DNA from: Vicugna vicugna
Lineage: Eukaryota
Assembly: GCA_013265495.1 (NCBI GenBank)
Contig: MU058844.1
Span: 9,134,184-9,198,183 of the forward strand
DNA: 64,000 nt
Reading direction: 5' to 3'
In this document: one piece after another, positions 40,248-52,796 of the stretch
Numbering within the stretch: position 1 is the stretch's first letter
How the letters are laid out: every line of letters begins with the position of its first letter
The notes under the pieces: model-generated
Seen by the model: only the letters and a program-made list of their open reading frames with translations
What the model was told of the DNA's origin: nothing
Databases searched by the model: none
Position numbers and translations under genes: made by a program

Positions 40248-40712
40248 TATCAAACAGCATATCTGCCCAAAGGAGGCCCAGGGCCCTGCATAGATGATAT
40301 AAAAGAAAGTGTTTATAAACTATATACACATGCATTGGATCTTCATTTACACATGATCTTCTTCACTCCCGTCTATATATTCTTAGGAGGATATATTATA
40401 GTCCCATATGTATCTCTGGCTCCCTCACTCCTTATGAGCTCTGTATTCCTTAAGATCCATGTTTCACATCTCATGTACACATGATCCCATCATTAAGACC
40501 TGCCCCAACCCATGCCATCTAGAAAGTTTCCTCTCTAAAATAACTCCCTGGAGGAATGCTTTTACAATGGTTAAAAGACATTTATTTAGAAAATAATGGA
40601 GTGGAAAAAAAGAGAAAGTTACATTATAGATATTATTTAAACTTGTAAAATGGTCAAATGGTAATCATTAATTAGTCCTGTTTTATGTTGCTTTTATTAC
40701 TGCCAATCACAG

Positions 40713-40742
40713 CCAAGTGATCTAAGGAAACATCGGAGAAAG
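40713..40742 (+). CDS. PPFIA2: Liprin-alpha-2 30-nt microexon (PSDLRKHRRK), phase 0-0
   Basis: tcacag acceptor; AAG|gtactg donor; peptide recalled from full-length liprin-alpha-2. Confidence 0.9.
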
Positions 40743-41054
40743 GTACTGTACATTTCTTTTACATGATTATTAATTGAATATTGTTTTCTCTATGAAAGCT
40801 TTAAAAGTGTATTTCCTCTAACTGAAGCATTGTGTTAACATAAAAAAGAATTTTTTTAACACACATAAAAAAGTGTTTTTGAATTGTTTAAATATGATCG
40901 TAAGAGCTACTGTCTCAGAATAAAATTGTTTTTGCTTTCTGGATTAATGATTAGACCATGGGGACTAAATGTCCTGATTTTCCACAAAATTCTTAGACCT
41001 CTGTTGGTAGAATTAGTTTACTGTCAATACATGAACAATGCTGCTTGTTTTAAA

Positions 41055-41580
41055 ATGTGGGTTTTACCACTGTTCAGATATGTGAGACCAACAGATCAAG
41101 AAACAACTGCTAACTAAACCATACCTTTTACTCATGCTTCCCAAGAGGAAGGACATGCCATGCTAGGCCAGGCCAAGGGGAAGAACCAGCGTGGGTCAGG
41201 AGGCGGAAAGAGTGAGGGAAGAGCATGGGTGGGAATCTTTTTTGTTGTGGGAAAGAGAAGGCTTGGTAAATACTTAAGATTAGCTAGTTCGAACAATTTT
41301 AGTGGGTCCTAGTATATAGGGGCTTTCTCTAGTTGTCTGGTACCTGGCCTGGAATGATTAAGGCAGAGGAATATTGCCTCCTGGAGTGCTGAGAGCCAGA
41401 TAGAGAAGACGGTTTGAAGGATTTGTCCAGACTGGTTGCTTTGCACATGGAAGGCACACTCAAGGAAAGTAGTGTGCTACCTCTATGAATTAACTAGCTA
41501 TTGGAGGGGCATCATCTCCTGTGTTTCCATGGCCCCAGGTGCCACAGCATCAAAAATACAGACAATATAATTAATATACT
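41055..41580 (-). mobile_element. ERVL-class solo LTR (MER74/MER76-like)
   Basis: Reverse complement starts gtatattaattatattgtctgtatttttgatgctgtggcacctggggcc, resembling that LTR group from memory; locally raised GC. Confidence 0.55.
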
Positions 41581-43982
41581 GCTTTTCCTGCCTGGAATTA
41601 AGCCAAGAGAACAAATGCTGGATATGGGAAACAAAATGGACTGCAATTCTGATTCACAGAATGACATCTTGTTAGATAATTGAGAACTGCAGAGCTCAGA
41701 CTCACGGGATATCAGATGGGAAAGGTTTCAAAGATTCAACCTACTATCCAATGCATCAGTCCATTTTTCAGCATCTTCAAAATGTGGTAGTCAGCCTATG
41801 CCCAACTTCTGGAATGAGAGAATATTTTCTTTATAAATTAAGGGAATTCATAGTATGCCTACATGACCTAGATCATTTAAATTTTCTTTGTCTTTCCCTG
41901 AGCCACCGTCTATCTTCTGTTAGTGTCTTCCTGACACTACTAGTTAGTTCGCAACTGTCAAATTTACCATGTATAATGTTATTACTATTTGTCTTTGACT
42001 TCCTCCACCACTTAAAAGGATTAGACTTGGAATATAGAAATAAATCTGAGTAGATGATGTAAAAGTATTTCAGTGAGTGTAAGAAAAAAAATCAAAAAGA
42101 AAAGTCCTGTGCAGAAATATAGCCTCAGGGAATTAAGGGAGTAAATAGATGATTGGTAAGAAAGGTAGGTCACGGAAAGAAGACCACGAACTAAAATTTG
42201 TTGTACATCAGGGTAAGGAGTTATATGCATGATTTTATTTGCACTTCAAAAGAACACATTAAACTAAGCATTATCACTTCCATTTTACTGTTGAGGAAAT
42301 TTAATCTTAGATCAGGTAAGTAATTAGCACATATCGTTCCAACAAATAAAAGAAGCCAGGATTCACATCCATCTCTGATTCCAAAGTCTTTCTCCTCTAC
42401 TTTGTTTATATAGGGTGAGCTCTAAGAAATGGTTCAGAGAAATGGTTTGTGTATGATTTTTTTAAAGAGCCGTTGTTTTGAAAGTTGGCCTAATATGACT
42501 GGCAGTGTGGAGACAGGAGGGCATTTTAGAAGAGGGTGTTTCAGGGGAAAAAAATCTGGAAACAGAAGTAATTGAGCCTAGCAGAAACAATTGTGGAAAA
42601 CAATCATGGTTAGATCATGGAACTGTGAAAATATAAGTACATATTAGGAAGAGTTACAAACACACTTTATGCATTTAGATAAGATGTGAGCTTAGAACGG
42701 GTTTTCCATAGTGTTGACCTGCTGAAAGCAGTTCTTGAAAAATATTCTTCTGGTGGCATTATGCTAATTGAAATGGAGAGAGAAGATCCTATTAAGATGC
42801 CTGCATAAGATTTTAAAAGTAATCTAAGTTGGAATAACAAGAGCCCAGAAAAACAATTTCATTAAGTTTCTTCAAGGCATGAAGTCTTTATCATATATAA
42901 ACACATTTATGCCGAACAGCTTAATATAGAAGCACACAAGAAGCTGTGAAAACGTAAGACGAGAACACAGTTAAAATTTATAGCTATAACCATATAACTT
43001 TTCTATAACCATAGAACTTTTTCATCAGAACTTCTAGAACCATATGTCTTTTAGATATGCTTTCCACAATCTCTCTCTCTATATATATATACATACACAT
43101 ACTTATGTATATATACAAATGCACAATGATCCTATGAAAAAAATGCAGTGTTGTTTTTAAAAATATCTTTATTGATTGTACAATTAACTTGATTGTTGAA
43201 AAGTCTTATTTTAATATAGTTCTACATGTCTACCCCTGACAAAATTTATGGTATCCTGAATTGTTCTGGACTCTGAATTAAATTCTGTAAAAGAATTCTT
43301 TCCATCCAGTGTTTTAATGGTGTTTTGTGTGCCTTTGTTAATTTGCCCATGAGAGGTAGTAAAATGAAAAACTTTGCAGACATTATGTTCTTACCTTTTA
43401 TTATTCTCACTGTAAAATTAAAGACTTTTCCCCTATAAACTGCAACTTTTTTTAAACATCTTGAAACACATTTAATTAGCTTGATTTAAAATACTTTATC
43501 TGATAAAGTTATATTTTGCCAACTTCTCAATTAAAAAATCTCCCACTTAAAAAATGTTCATGTTATGATAACCTAGATTTGCATTTTTTTTTAGTGAATT
43601 AGCTCCATTATGTGTTCAATAACTTTTTGTAAAGTGTTTACATTCTAATATATTGAAATGGATACCAAGGTAGCGTGAATCATAGTCACTGGATATTGAT
43701 CTGTGATATTTATTTACTCTTAAATAATATTGTTGTGTAGTCAATCCATGTATATGGGGGGGGTCTGTATTTAAACTGCAGTGTATTCACTTTTAAACAG
43801 TTATGAAATTCACACTGTTTAGTAATGTGAATTTATATATGAAAGACCTGTACCCCCCCACGTCTCTTGTTTTATTTTTATTAGAATTACTCAAGTAGCT
43901 TTGCTGTAATGATTCTCCATTTTCATCATTTTCAGTTGAAATTTAGAAAGAGTTCATCTGAAGGTATTGTTTTTGCTTCTAG

Positions 43983-44113
43983 ATTGCAGTAGTAGAAGAA
44001 GATGGTCGGGAGGATAAAGCAACAATTAAATGTGAAACTTCTCCTCCCCCTACCCCTAGAGCCATCAGGATGACTCACACTCTCCCTTCTTCCTACCACA
44101 ATGAGGCTCGGAG
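43983..44113 (+). CDS. PPFIA2: Liprin-alpha-2 coding exon (IAVVEEDGREDKATIKCETSPPPTPR...HNEAR-S), 131 nt, phase 0-2
   Basis: cttctag acceptor; AG|gtatgg donor. Confidence 0.95.
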
Positions 44114-45514
44114 GTATGGCTCTTCCAGCACACTGCGCATTGTATATTCTCCTTCCAAAACTATTCTTCTTTTCAGTGTTAACCAAATAGACTGCTTAAA
44201 CATTTATATAAAAATTTTGACTTGAGCTATAATTCTCCATTAGGATATTGTCCTGCTGTCTCTCCACAGTATCACTTGTGAAAAAAAAAATTTCATTCTG
44301 AGATCAAATTTTTTAGTTTTAAAATTAACTGTATATTTATGGTCTTGTTACTAGCTAATATACCTTTTCTATTTTTAGCAGATATTGCCTATTGAAATGG
44401 AGTCAGGCTACAGGAAAGACTTATTAGGAATAGTCACAAAAAACTAAAGGGATTCTAAATAAATTTGACTTCTAGGGTAAGGATAATTAAGGTCTGAAAA
44501 GTTTATGATTGCACCCCAACCACTTTAAACAGACATGTGTGTCCGTCACCCTGCGGGTGCTGCTGTTGCCAGCTATGACAACTCCTCCTTGGAAAGGAAA
44601 AACACATTCACCAGAATATTCAAAGAAAAGATGAATTTACGTGGGGAAATACCCCATTGGTCATAGCAATTCTTCATACTGCCAAAAAAAACTGAAGCAG
44701 ATCTCTATAGTAATTAATGGCATAAATATATCTAAACATGCAATTTACATCTTAAATGTATATTTGTCCACTGTCATCAATTACAACCTCTCTGAACACA
44801 TAACTGACATAACATAATGACTTAATGATTAATACTATAAGTAAGACTCTATCTTCTAAAAAGTATGTTTTACAACAAACATTTTTGCAAGCTGAGTTTT
44901 CTGTTCCAGCAGACATTTTTTCTTTCTGTTTTGTTTATTTTTGATTTCTAATGCGAAAAAAAGGTTATTCTAGCTTCAAAATTCCTCCACTCTCAAAAAA
45001 AAAAGAGTAAATTATATTGTAACATAGGAAAAGCACTAGCTTTTGGAGTTCAGAGAATGTGAACTCAGACTAATTAAGTAAAGTCAAATAATTCATCATG
45101 ATATTGTCAAAGTAACAGCTGTTAAAAAAAAAACTAATAGTAACATCATTGAACTTGTCCTATTAGTACAGTGTCAAACACATTGAGCAGGGAATGGAAA
45201 CTAAATCAAACTGGAAGTCATTTCAACTTACCATGTTCTTAACAGAATACCTGATTGTGCCCACCCAGGGATGCAAAAAAAAAAAACCCACACAAAAAAA
45301 CCTCTGAGAACTATAAGAAAAAATATGCAGTGATTTGCTGGGGTATATGATTTGTTTCTTCAAAATCCCACCCAAGTAATTTAAAATTCAATGAATTACG
45401 CCCCAAAACTGAGAGAAAGATGGCTAGAGGAAAATCCAGTAAAACCATGACCTAGAATAGAAGCATAAACTTTCTTAGTTATAATTAAATTTATTGTCAT
45501 AGGTCATTATGCTC

Positions 45515-45990
45515 AGATCCATAAAAAAGAATAAAATAATGCCATTTGCAGCAACATGGATGAAACTAAAGATTATCATATTAAATGAAGTAAGTCAGAC
45601 AGAGAAAGACAGATACCATATAATATCACTTATATGTGAAATCTTTAAAAAAATGATATAAATCTTATTTACAAATCAAAAATAGACTCACGGGCATAGA
45701 AAACAAACTATGGTTACCAAATGGGGAAGGGCGCGGGAGGGATAAATTAGGAATTTGGGATTAACAGATACACATCACTATATATAAAATAGATAAACAG
45801 CGAGGACCTACTGTATAGCACAGGTAACTGTATTCAATTTCTTGTAATAACATACAATGGAAAAAAATCTGAAAAGAAAAAATATATATGTATGTATATA
45901 TGTAACTGAATCACTTTGCTGTACACCCGAAACTAACATTGTAAATCAACTACACTTCAATAAAAAACTTCAAAAAGAAAAAAGAAAAAG
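45515..45990 (+). mobile_element. L1 3' end with AATAAA and A-rich tail
   Basis: aataatgccatttgcagcaacatggatg...ctacacttcaataaaaaa. Confidence 0.88.
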
Positions 45991-46314
45991 GTAAAGGGTC
46001 AAGGGCTAAATTATAGAAGGTCATTTAACGTATACTTAATAAACCAACTTATGCCCATTGATTAGTTTGAGATTGTACAAAAAGTAAGGGAAAAATTATT
46101 TGGAAGAAAATCGAAATTTTTCTAGAGAAAATTTGGGGGCTCAGTTCCCTCAGGATAAGGAAATCATACTTGAATATGCTTAAGAAGAAAAGGAGAAAAT
46201 AACATTCAGAGTCTACTTATTCCTCCTTTTGTAGTTTTATAAAGGAATTAAGTCTTGTGTACCTTGTGGATGTTGCATCAAAGCAAGTATTTTGCCCTCT
46301 TTTATGTTTTGCAG

Positions 46315-46469
46315 TAGTTTATCTGCCTCCCTTGAGCCTGAAAGCCTTGGGCTTGGCAGTGCCAACAGCAGCCAAGACTCTCTTCACAAAGCTCCCAAAA
46401 AGAAAGGAATCAAGTCTTCAATAGGACGTTTGTTTGGTAAAAAAGAAAAAGCTCGACTCGGGCAACTCC
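46315..46469 (+). CDS. PPFIA2: Liprin-alpha-2 coding exon ([51 protein letters not shown]), 155 nt, phase 2-1
   Basis: ttttgcag acceptor with tandem CAGTAG; C|gtaagt donor; ORF 46292..46489. Confidence 0.95.
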
Positions 46470-47185
46470 GTAAGTGTGCTTCTGTTTAACTTCCCACTGC
46501 CACTCATATTCCGCACTTTTTAGTATCCATCTGTTTTTCATCTCATTTTTTTTCCTAGCTGACAAATTTTCTATTTTAATCAGCTTTTTAAATCCAATGT
46601 AGCTAAATAATGCTTGACAAGTTTCAAGGAAGAATATTGTAAAACTTTTGGTCCTTTTAACTTCTCTGTTAATAACAGTACTAGAATTCATTTAATGTTA
46701 ACACTGCGATAGACACAAGAACCCTCTGAGTCCAGTGTCATTACTGTCATCCTTAATTATTGCTGAGTAAATAATATATCAGTAATTTGCAGAGCTGAAA
46801 CATTCATCCTAGGGCTATGTTTCAAAACTAGCTTAAAACCATTGAGTATACTGCATAGATGTGTATGAGAGCTTAGCTATGTGAATTTAAAAGCTTTTCT
46901 GTTGAAAAAATTAATAAACCCACAAAAAATTTAAAAAATATATTTTTAGGTCAAAGCATTATAATATGAAGTACTTAAAATGTAAAAGACAAGATTTCTT
47001 TGTTTTACACTATCACAACTTTCCACTAACAAACTATAGCATGTTGGTGGGGGGGACAGAGGAAGGAATAGGGCAACAGGGATTGTGTTAGAATTAATCA
47101 TAGATTAACTGAATACAAATATAGATCAGTACATTTGAAATAACCCTAGGTAAATATATAAATACATCAGTAGGTTGACAGATAA

Positions 47186-47219
47186 ATGGATGGATGGATG
47201 GATGGATGGATGGATGGAT
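47186..47219. repeat. (ATGG)n microsatellite
   Basis: Seen directly. Confidence 0.9.
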
Positions 47220-47423
47220 ATACAGATAAATATATATCAATATATAGTCTAAAACAAAAAGAATATGTGAAGTAAATTTCCTGAAATGATGATATTAAGA
47301 CCCCACCCTTTTTTTTTTTTTTGGTGTCTTCCTACATATTTATTTTTCCTCCTGAAATCTCTTTTCATCATCTTGGTTATTTGTGATTGCATCTTCATTT
47401 TCCCTCCTCTTCTCCTTCTATTT

Positions 47424-49526
47424 ATTTATTTATTTTTAACATTTTTTATTGATTTATAATCATTTTACAATGTTGTGTCAAATTGCAGTGTAGAGCACAA
47501 TTTTTCAGTTACACATGAACATACATATATTCACTGTCACATTTTTTTCTCTGTGATCTACCAAAAGATCTTGTATATATTTCCCTGTACTATACAATAT
47601 AATCTTGTTTATCTATTCTACATTTTGAAATCCCAGTCTGTCCCTTCCCAACCCCCACCCACTTGGCAACCACAAGTTTGAATTCTATGTCTATGAGTCT
47701 GTTTCTGTTTTGTATTTATGATTTGTTTGTTTGTTTGTTTTATTTTAGATTCCACATATTAGCGATCTCATATGGTATTTTTCTTTCTCTTTCTGGCTTA
47801 CTTCACTTAGAATGACATTCTCCAGGAGCATCCATGTTGCTGCAAATGGCATTAATGTCGGTTTTTATGGCTGAGTAGTATTCCATTGTATAAATATAGC
47901 ACCTCTTCTTTATCCAGTCATCCATTGATGGACATTTAGGCTGTCTGCATGTCTTGGCTATTGTAANNNNNNNNNNNNNNNNNNNNNNNNNNNNNNNNNN
48001 NNNNNNNNNNNNNNNNNNNNNNNNNNNNNNNNNNNNNNNNNNNNNNNNNNNNNNNNNNNNNNNNNNNNNNNNNNNNNNNNNNNNNNNNNNNNNNNNNNNN
48101 NNNNNNNNNNNNNNNNNNNNNNNNNNNNNNNNNNNNNNNNNNNNNNNNNNNNNNNNNNNNNNNNNNNNNNNNNNNNNNNNNNNNNNNNNNNNNNNNNNNN
48201 NNNNNNNNNNNNNNNNNNNNNNNNNNNNNNNNNNNNNNNNNNNNNNNNNNNNNNNNNNNNNNNNNNNNNNNNNNNNNNNNNNNNNNNNNNNNNNNNNNNN
48301 NNNNNNNNNNNNNNNNNNNNNNNNNNNNNNNNNNNNNNNNNNNNNNNNNNNNNNNNNNNNNNNNNNNNNNNNNNNNNNNNNNNNNNNNNNNNNNNNNNNN
48401 NNNNNNNNNNNNNNNNNNNNNNNNNNNNNNNNNNNNNNNNNNNNNNNNNNNNNNNNNNNNNNNNNNNNNNNNNNNNNNNNNNNNNTTTATTTTCTTCTAG
48501 GAGGTTTATTGTATCTTGTCTTATGTTTAAGTCTTTGATCCATTTTGAGTTGATTTTTGTGTATGGTGTAAGAGAGTGTTCTCGCTTCATTGCTTTACAT
48601 GCTGCTGTCCAGTTTTCCCAGCACCAGTTGCTGAAGAGACTGTCTTTATTCCGTTGTATATTCTTGCCCCTTTGTCGAAGATTAGTTGACCAAAGTTTGT
48701 GGGTTCATTTCTGGGCTCTCTGTTCTGTTCCATTGGTCTATTTGTCTGTTTTTGTCAATACCATGCTGTCTTGATGACTGTAGCTCTATAGTGTTGTCTG
48801 AAGTCAGGGAGAGTTATTCCTCCAGCCTCTTTCTTTCTCTTCAGTAATGCTTTGGAAATTCTAGGTCTTTGAAGGCTCCATATAAACTGTATTATGATTT
48901 GTTCTAGTTCTGTGAAATATGTCCTGGGTATTTTGATAGGGATTGCATTAAATCTGTAGATTGCCTTGGGCAGTGTGACCATTTTAACTATATTGATTCT
49001 TCCAATCCAAGAGCATGGGATATCTTTCCATTTTTTAAAGTCTTCTTTAATTTCCTTTATCAATGTTTTATAGTTTTCTGTGTATAATTCTTTCACCTCC
49101 TTGGTTAGATTTATTCTTAGGTATTTTATTATTTTGGGTGCTATTTTAAAGGGGATTGTTTCTTTACTTTCTGTTTCTGTTGATTCATCGTTAGTGTAAA
49201 GAAATGCAACTGATTTTTGAACATTAATCTTGTAACCTGCTACCTTGCTGAATTCTTCAATCAGCTCTAGTAGTTTTTGTGTGGACCTTTTAGGGTTTTC
49301 TATATATAGTAACATGTTGTCGGCATATAGTGACACTTTTACCTCTTCTTTTCCAATTTGGATCCCTTTTATTTCTCTCTCTTGCCTGATTGCTGTGGTT
49401 AGGACTTTCAAGACGATATTGAATAGGAGTGGTGATAGTGGGCATCCTTGTCTTGTCCCAGATTTTAGTGGGAAGCTTTTGAGTGTTTCACTGCTGGCTA
49501 TAAGTTTGTCATACATAGCTTTTATT
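47424..49526 (-). mobile_element. Young 5'-truncated L1 (~2.1 kb) with a partial ORF2 reverse transcriptase; spans the assembly gap
   Basis: ORF 48755..49516 ([32 protein letters not shown]) is L1 RT; TSD ttctccttctattt at 47410-47423 and 49527-49540. Confidence 0.95.
47967..48485. other. Assembly gap (519 N) inside the L1
   Basis: Run of N. Confidence 0.99.
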
Positions 49527-51929
49527 TTCTCCTTCTATTTAATTTATAACTAGAGTTAAATTAGAGGGGAAAAGGATTTAGTTCCTGCCTCTAATGGTAA
49601 CAACAGATGAACAGAATGATACAAATTTCTTAGCACTCCCTTTGGCTTCTCGAAGAAGTGGTTATTTACCCCCAGACTTAGTTTCCTGCAAGGGCACCAC
49701 AAGAATTTCCTGAAATAATATTTATATTTCCAGATTTACAACTGCTATATTATTCAAAAATATCTTTCCCAACAGTGTGAAACCCATACAAAACATTAGA
49801 AGCCATTGGAAACCAATGTGTATGACACATGGGCAGCCAGTTGTGTGATTGAGTGTTACTCAGCAGAATTAAATCCTCCCTGGATTTATATTTCTCGGGA
49901 GAGGAACCCCCTAGGCTATAAAAAAATGTTATTGCATGAGGAAAGAAAAGAGAAGATTATTATTTGGGGGATATAAAATGTACATGCCAAGACGCTGTTT
50001 TAAAATTTGTGTCATTTTATTTGACAACTACATATAGTCTTACCAAATTATTTGTCATTTTCAATACATTATAGTGTAATTTATAATAGTATGGGTAGTT
50101 ATTTTTAAATATTTATTTGCTAACATAGTAATCATTTCACTTATTCTTATTCAACACGTGCTCACCTTAGGCTCTATAATTTATTTTTCCTTTTTAAAAT
50201 GTATTTAATTGCCTTTGTGCATAGATTTTCATCTTTATTTTATATTTAAATTTGATGAAGAATTACTGACTCATTAAGAATTTTCTAACAGTATTCAGGC
50301 AAAATCAGGGAAAACAGTATATAAAGTGTAAAGAAATATACAGCCTTATAGAAACTTAGCTTTTTTACCTATTTTCAGTGACTGTGTGCCCTGATGTCAG
50401 AACAGATGAGAAGGGAATCAGTTACAATTACGTTCTTATCAACTCCATCTAAGTCAGAAAATAGGAATAGTTATTCAGGATCACATTACAGACCTGGGAA
50501 GATGCTGAGCTCTTAGCAATTCTGTTTTACTCTGTAGTGCAACAGAGGTAGAAGATAAACAAAGCCAAAGTCAGTATCAGCAGCATAGCAAGGACTACAA
50601 TGCTGTTGAGGAAGACAGGGACAACATTTATACCTCAGGAGCTATAAAGAAGCTATACTGATCAAAGTATAGATCAAAGCTCTTGGAGAAACCAAGAATA
50701 AAGATCTTTATTGGAAATAATACTTGAGAAAACAAGAAGAAAACACAGGCATAATGTCAGGAGAGTTCAAATTATTAATTTTTCTTTCCCTGGATATGTT
50801 TGATTCTACCAGAAACACCTAAGTGTGTAAAGCTCGAGTTTCTAGTAGAATTTATCTCTGAAAAAAGGCTACTAAAGCCACATGAAAGAACAAACTGAGG
50901 GAAAAATGATGGAAAGAAACTTAGGTCTTTTTTATGATTAGTTAGGAAGTGGGTACTAGCTGGGGTCAGAGTGTGAAACCAAATTATCAGACAAAAGGAG
51001 TGATAAGGATTGAAGGTCAAGTTTTCCAGCAGTAGAGAGATTGGAAATGCAGAGATTAGGAGGCAGCAACCTGAAGAAGACACAGCACGCAAATGAAATT
51101 ATCCAAGTTCCAGGGTCAAGTATCGAGGCAGAAGTGAGAGTAAGGAGACAGAGCAATCAAGTATGAGGCTTCGGAGGCAGTTTACCAGCTTACAAAAATG
51201 GTAATAGAGTGTGAAGAGGTAGTGATGTTAAAACATTTACTACTTCTAGGGGAATCATCTGGTCCATGTGATCTTAACACATTTACTACCCGGAAAACAC
51301 CAGCTCTCCGAAGTCTTCAGAGAGCTCTAATAATAATGACTGTAAAGAAAAAAGAACAGAACACACATGACCACCCTAACTTATGTTAATTAACAGTGAA
51401 TGGTAAGCATAAAGAAAAGAGGCCATTGACAGACACCGCAAGAGGGAAACAAAAATTAAAGACAAAGAGATTTTCAAGAATGGAGAACTGATCAAAATAC
51501 AGGAAAGCTATGGGAAAATGAGAAAAAGTAGAAAAGAATATATATATATTCTTTTATATATATATAACTGAATATTTTTGAGTAAAAAAATAAATTAAAA
51601 CTACTCTTGCGAATTTGCTTTAAATGCATATGAGAAGCAATGCATTTCAAAGGTCTTTTTGCCTTCTAAATTATAAGCCGGGCACTGTGCCTAGGTGCGT
51701 TCTCCATGAAACTAACAGACAGTCATGAAACAATTAGGTAATCATTTATAAATTCCAGCGTGCTTAAAATCAAAACAAGTGGTGTGGATTAATACTGAAG
51801 AGAGAGCAAGTGGGGGAAAGATGGAACTACTGATCAGCGGGGAACTCTGCTGGACAAGTGGAGAGACCTTGCAATGTGAGTTTTGGCCAGAAATTCCTAC
51901 AGATTTGTATCTCAAGGGCCAACATGAAA

Positions 51930-52063
51930 TAAATTATTCTGAATGGAATCTATTAAAATAAATCTCATCTGTTTCTCTTCACTTAATATAGCTACTAAAA
52001 AATTAAAAATTACATATGTAATTTGTATTTGTGGCTTGCATTTTATTTCTGTTGGGCAGTGCT
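51930..52063. mobile_element. MER33-like hAT-Charlie fragment
   Basis: aaaattaaaaattacatatgt...gtggcttgcattttatttctgttgggcagtgct. Confidence 0.6.
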
Positions 52064-52702
52064 ATAAGATTTAGAGTTCTTTTTTCAGGTATTATTATAA
52101 AAATTACAAAACAAAATCAAACCTGCCAGAACACAGGAAGTTCTGGAAGACAGGTTTGTACTGAGGGATATAGGAGTGAGCCTGGTGAGCGGAAGAGGGT
52201 TCCAGAACAGGATAGGAAAAGGTTTTATAACTCAATAAATGCTTCTCCATTCTCTCAACTTGGAATTGAAGAAATGTACCTGAGTTTCTCTTCATTGGGC
52301 TGTCATTTATCCCATTAAATATGCAATATCGTTGCAAACTTTGAAAAAAGATCTCACATACTGCACAGATACTTGCTCTCATTTTTCTTTTTAAAAAAAA
52401 AGTAGAAAAGTAGACCTTGAAGCTTGCAGACTATATATTCAAGTGTCTGTCAGTATACAGGCCACATGTATTACTTTGCTACCTGATAGGACTAAATGGT
52501 ATCCCAGTAGGTACCTTTCTCTTTTTCATCCTCTCAGTTTATGTTTTTGTATGTACCCATGCCATTGTATGCATGTCGAATTGAAAATACAAAAACAGGC
52601 AAAAAAAAAAGAAGAAAAGTGTGATACTATAAACTTTTAAGAATTTAATGTCAGAATTTGCACGATGTATCCAACCTAACATGAATAGTTACTTCTTCAC
52701 AG

Positions 52703-52796
52703 GAGGCTTCATGGAGACTGAAGCTGCAGCTCAGGAGTCCCTGGGGTTAGGCAAACTTGGAACTCAAGCTGAGAAGGATAGAAGACTGAAGAAAAA
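52703..52796 (+). CDS. PPFIA2: Liprin-alpha-2 coding exon (R-GFMETEAAAQESLGLGKLGTQAEKDRRLKK), 94 nt, phase 1-2
   Basis: CTAAC branch-point-like motif at 52676-52680; ttcacag acceptor; AA|gtaggt donor. Confidence 0.95.

Noticed and set aside
40021..40484. ORFs of 104 and 114 aa rich in HT/CV repeats
   Set aside because: They are translations of the (TG)n microsatellite.
42983..43045. Short degenerate repeats (ctataaccatataacttt) resembling an array
   Set aside because: Only 2-3 imperfect AT-rich units from local slippage; there is no spacer structure, so it is not CRISPR-like.
47954..48590. ORFs of 194 and 210 aa
   Set aside because: They are artefacts of translating the N gap; the flanks are L1 ORF2 sequence.
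48755..49516. 253-aa reverse-transcriptase-like ORF as a novel or domesticated RT gene
   Set aside because: It is an ordinary 5'-truncated L1 ORF2 fragment with TSDs, no promoter, a YADN catalytic change and a frame break downstream.
51532..51555. 24-bp palindrome AAAAGAATATATATATATTCTTTT
   Set aside because: It is mostly a self-complementary (AT)n core of low complexity.
52700..52705. CAGGAG tandem acceptor
   Set aside because: GAG distal acceptors are rarely used, and nothing else supports it.
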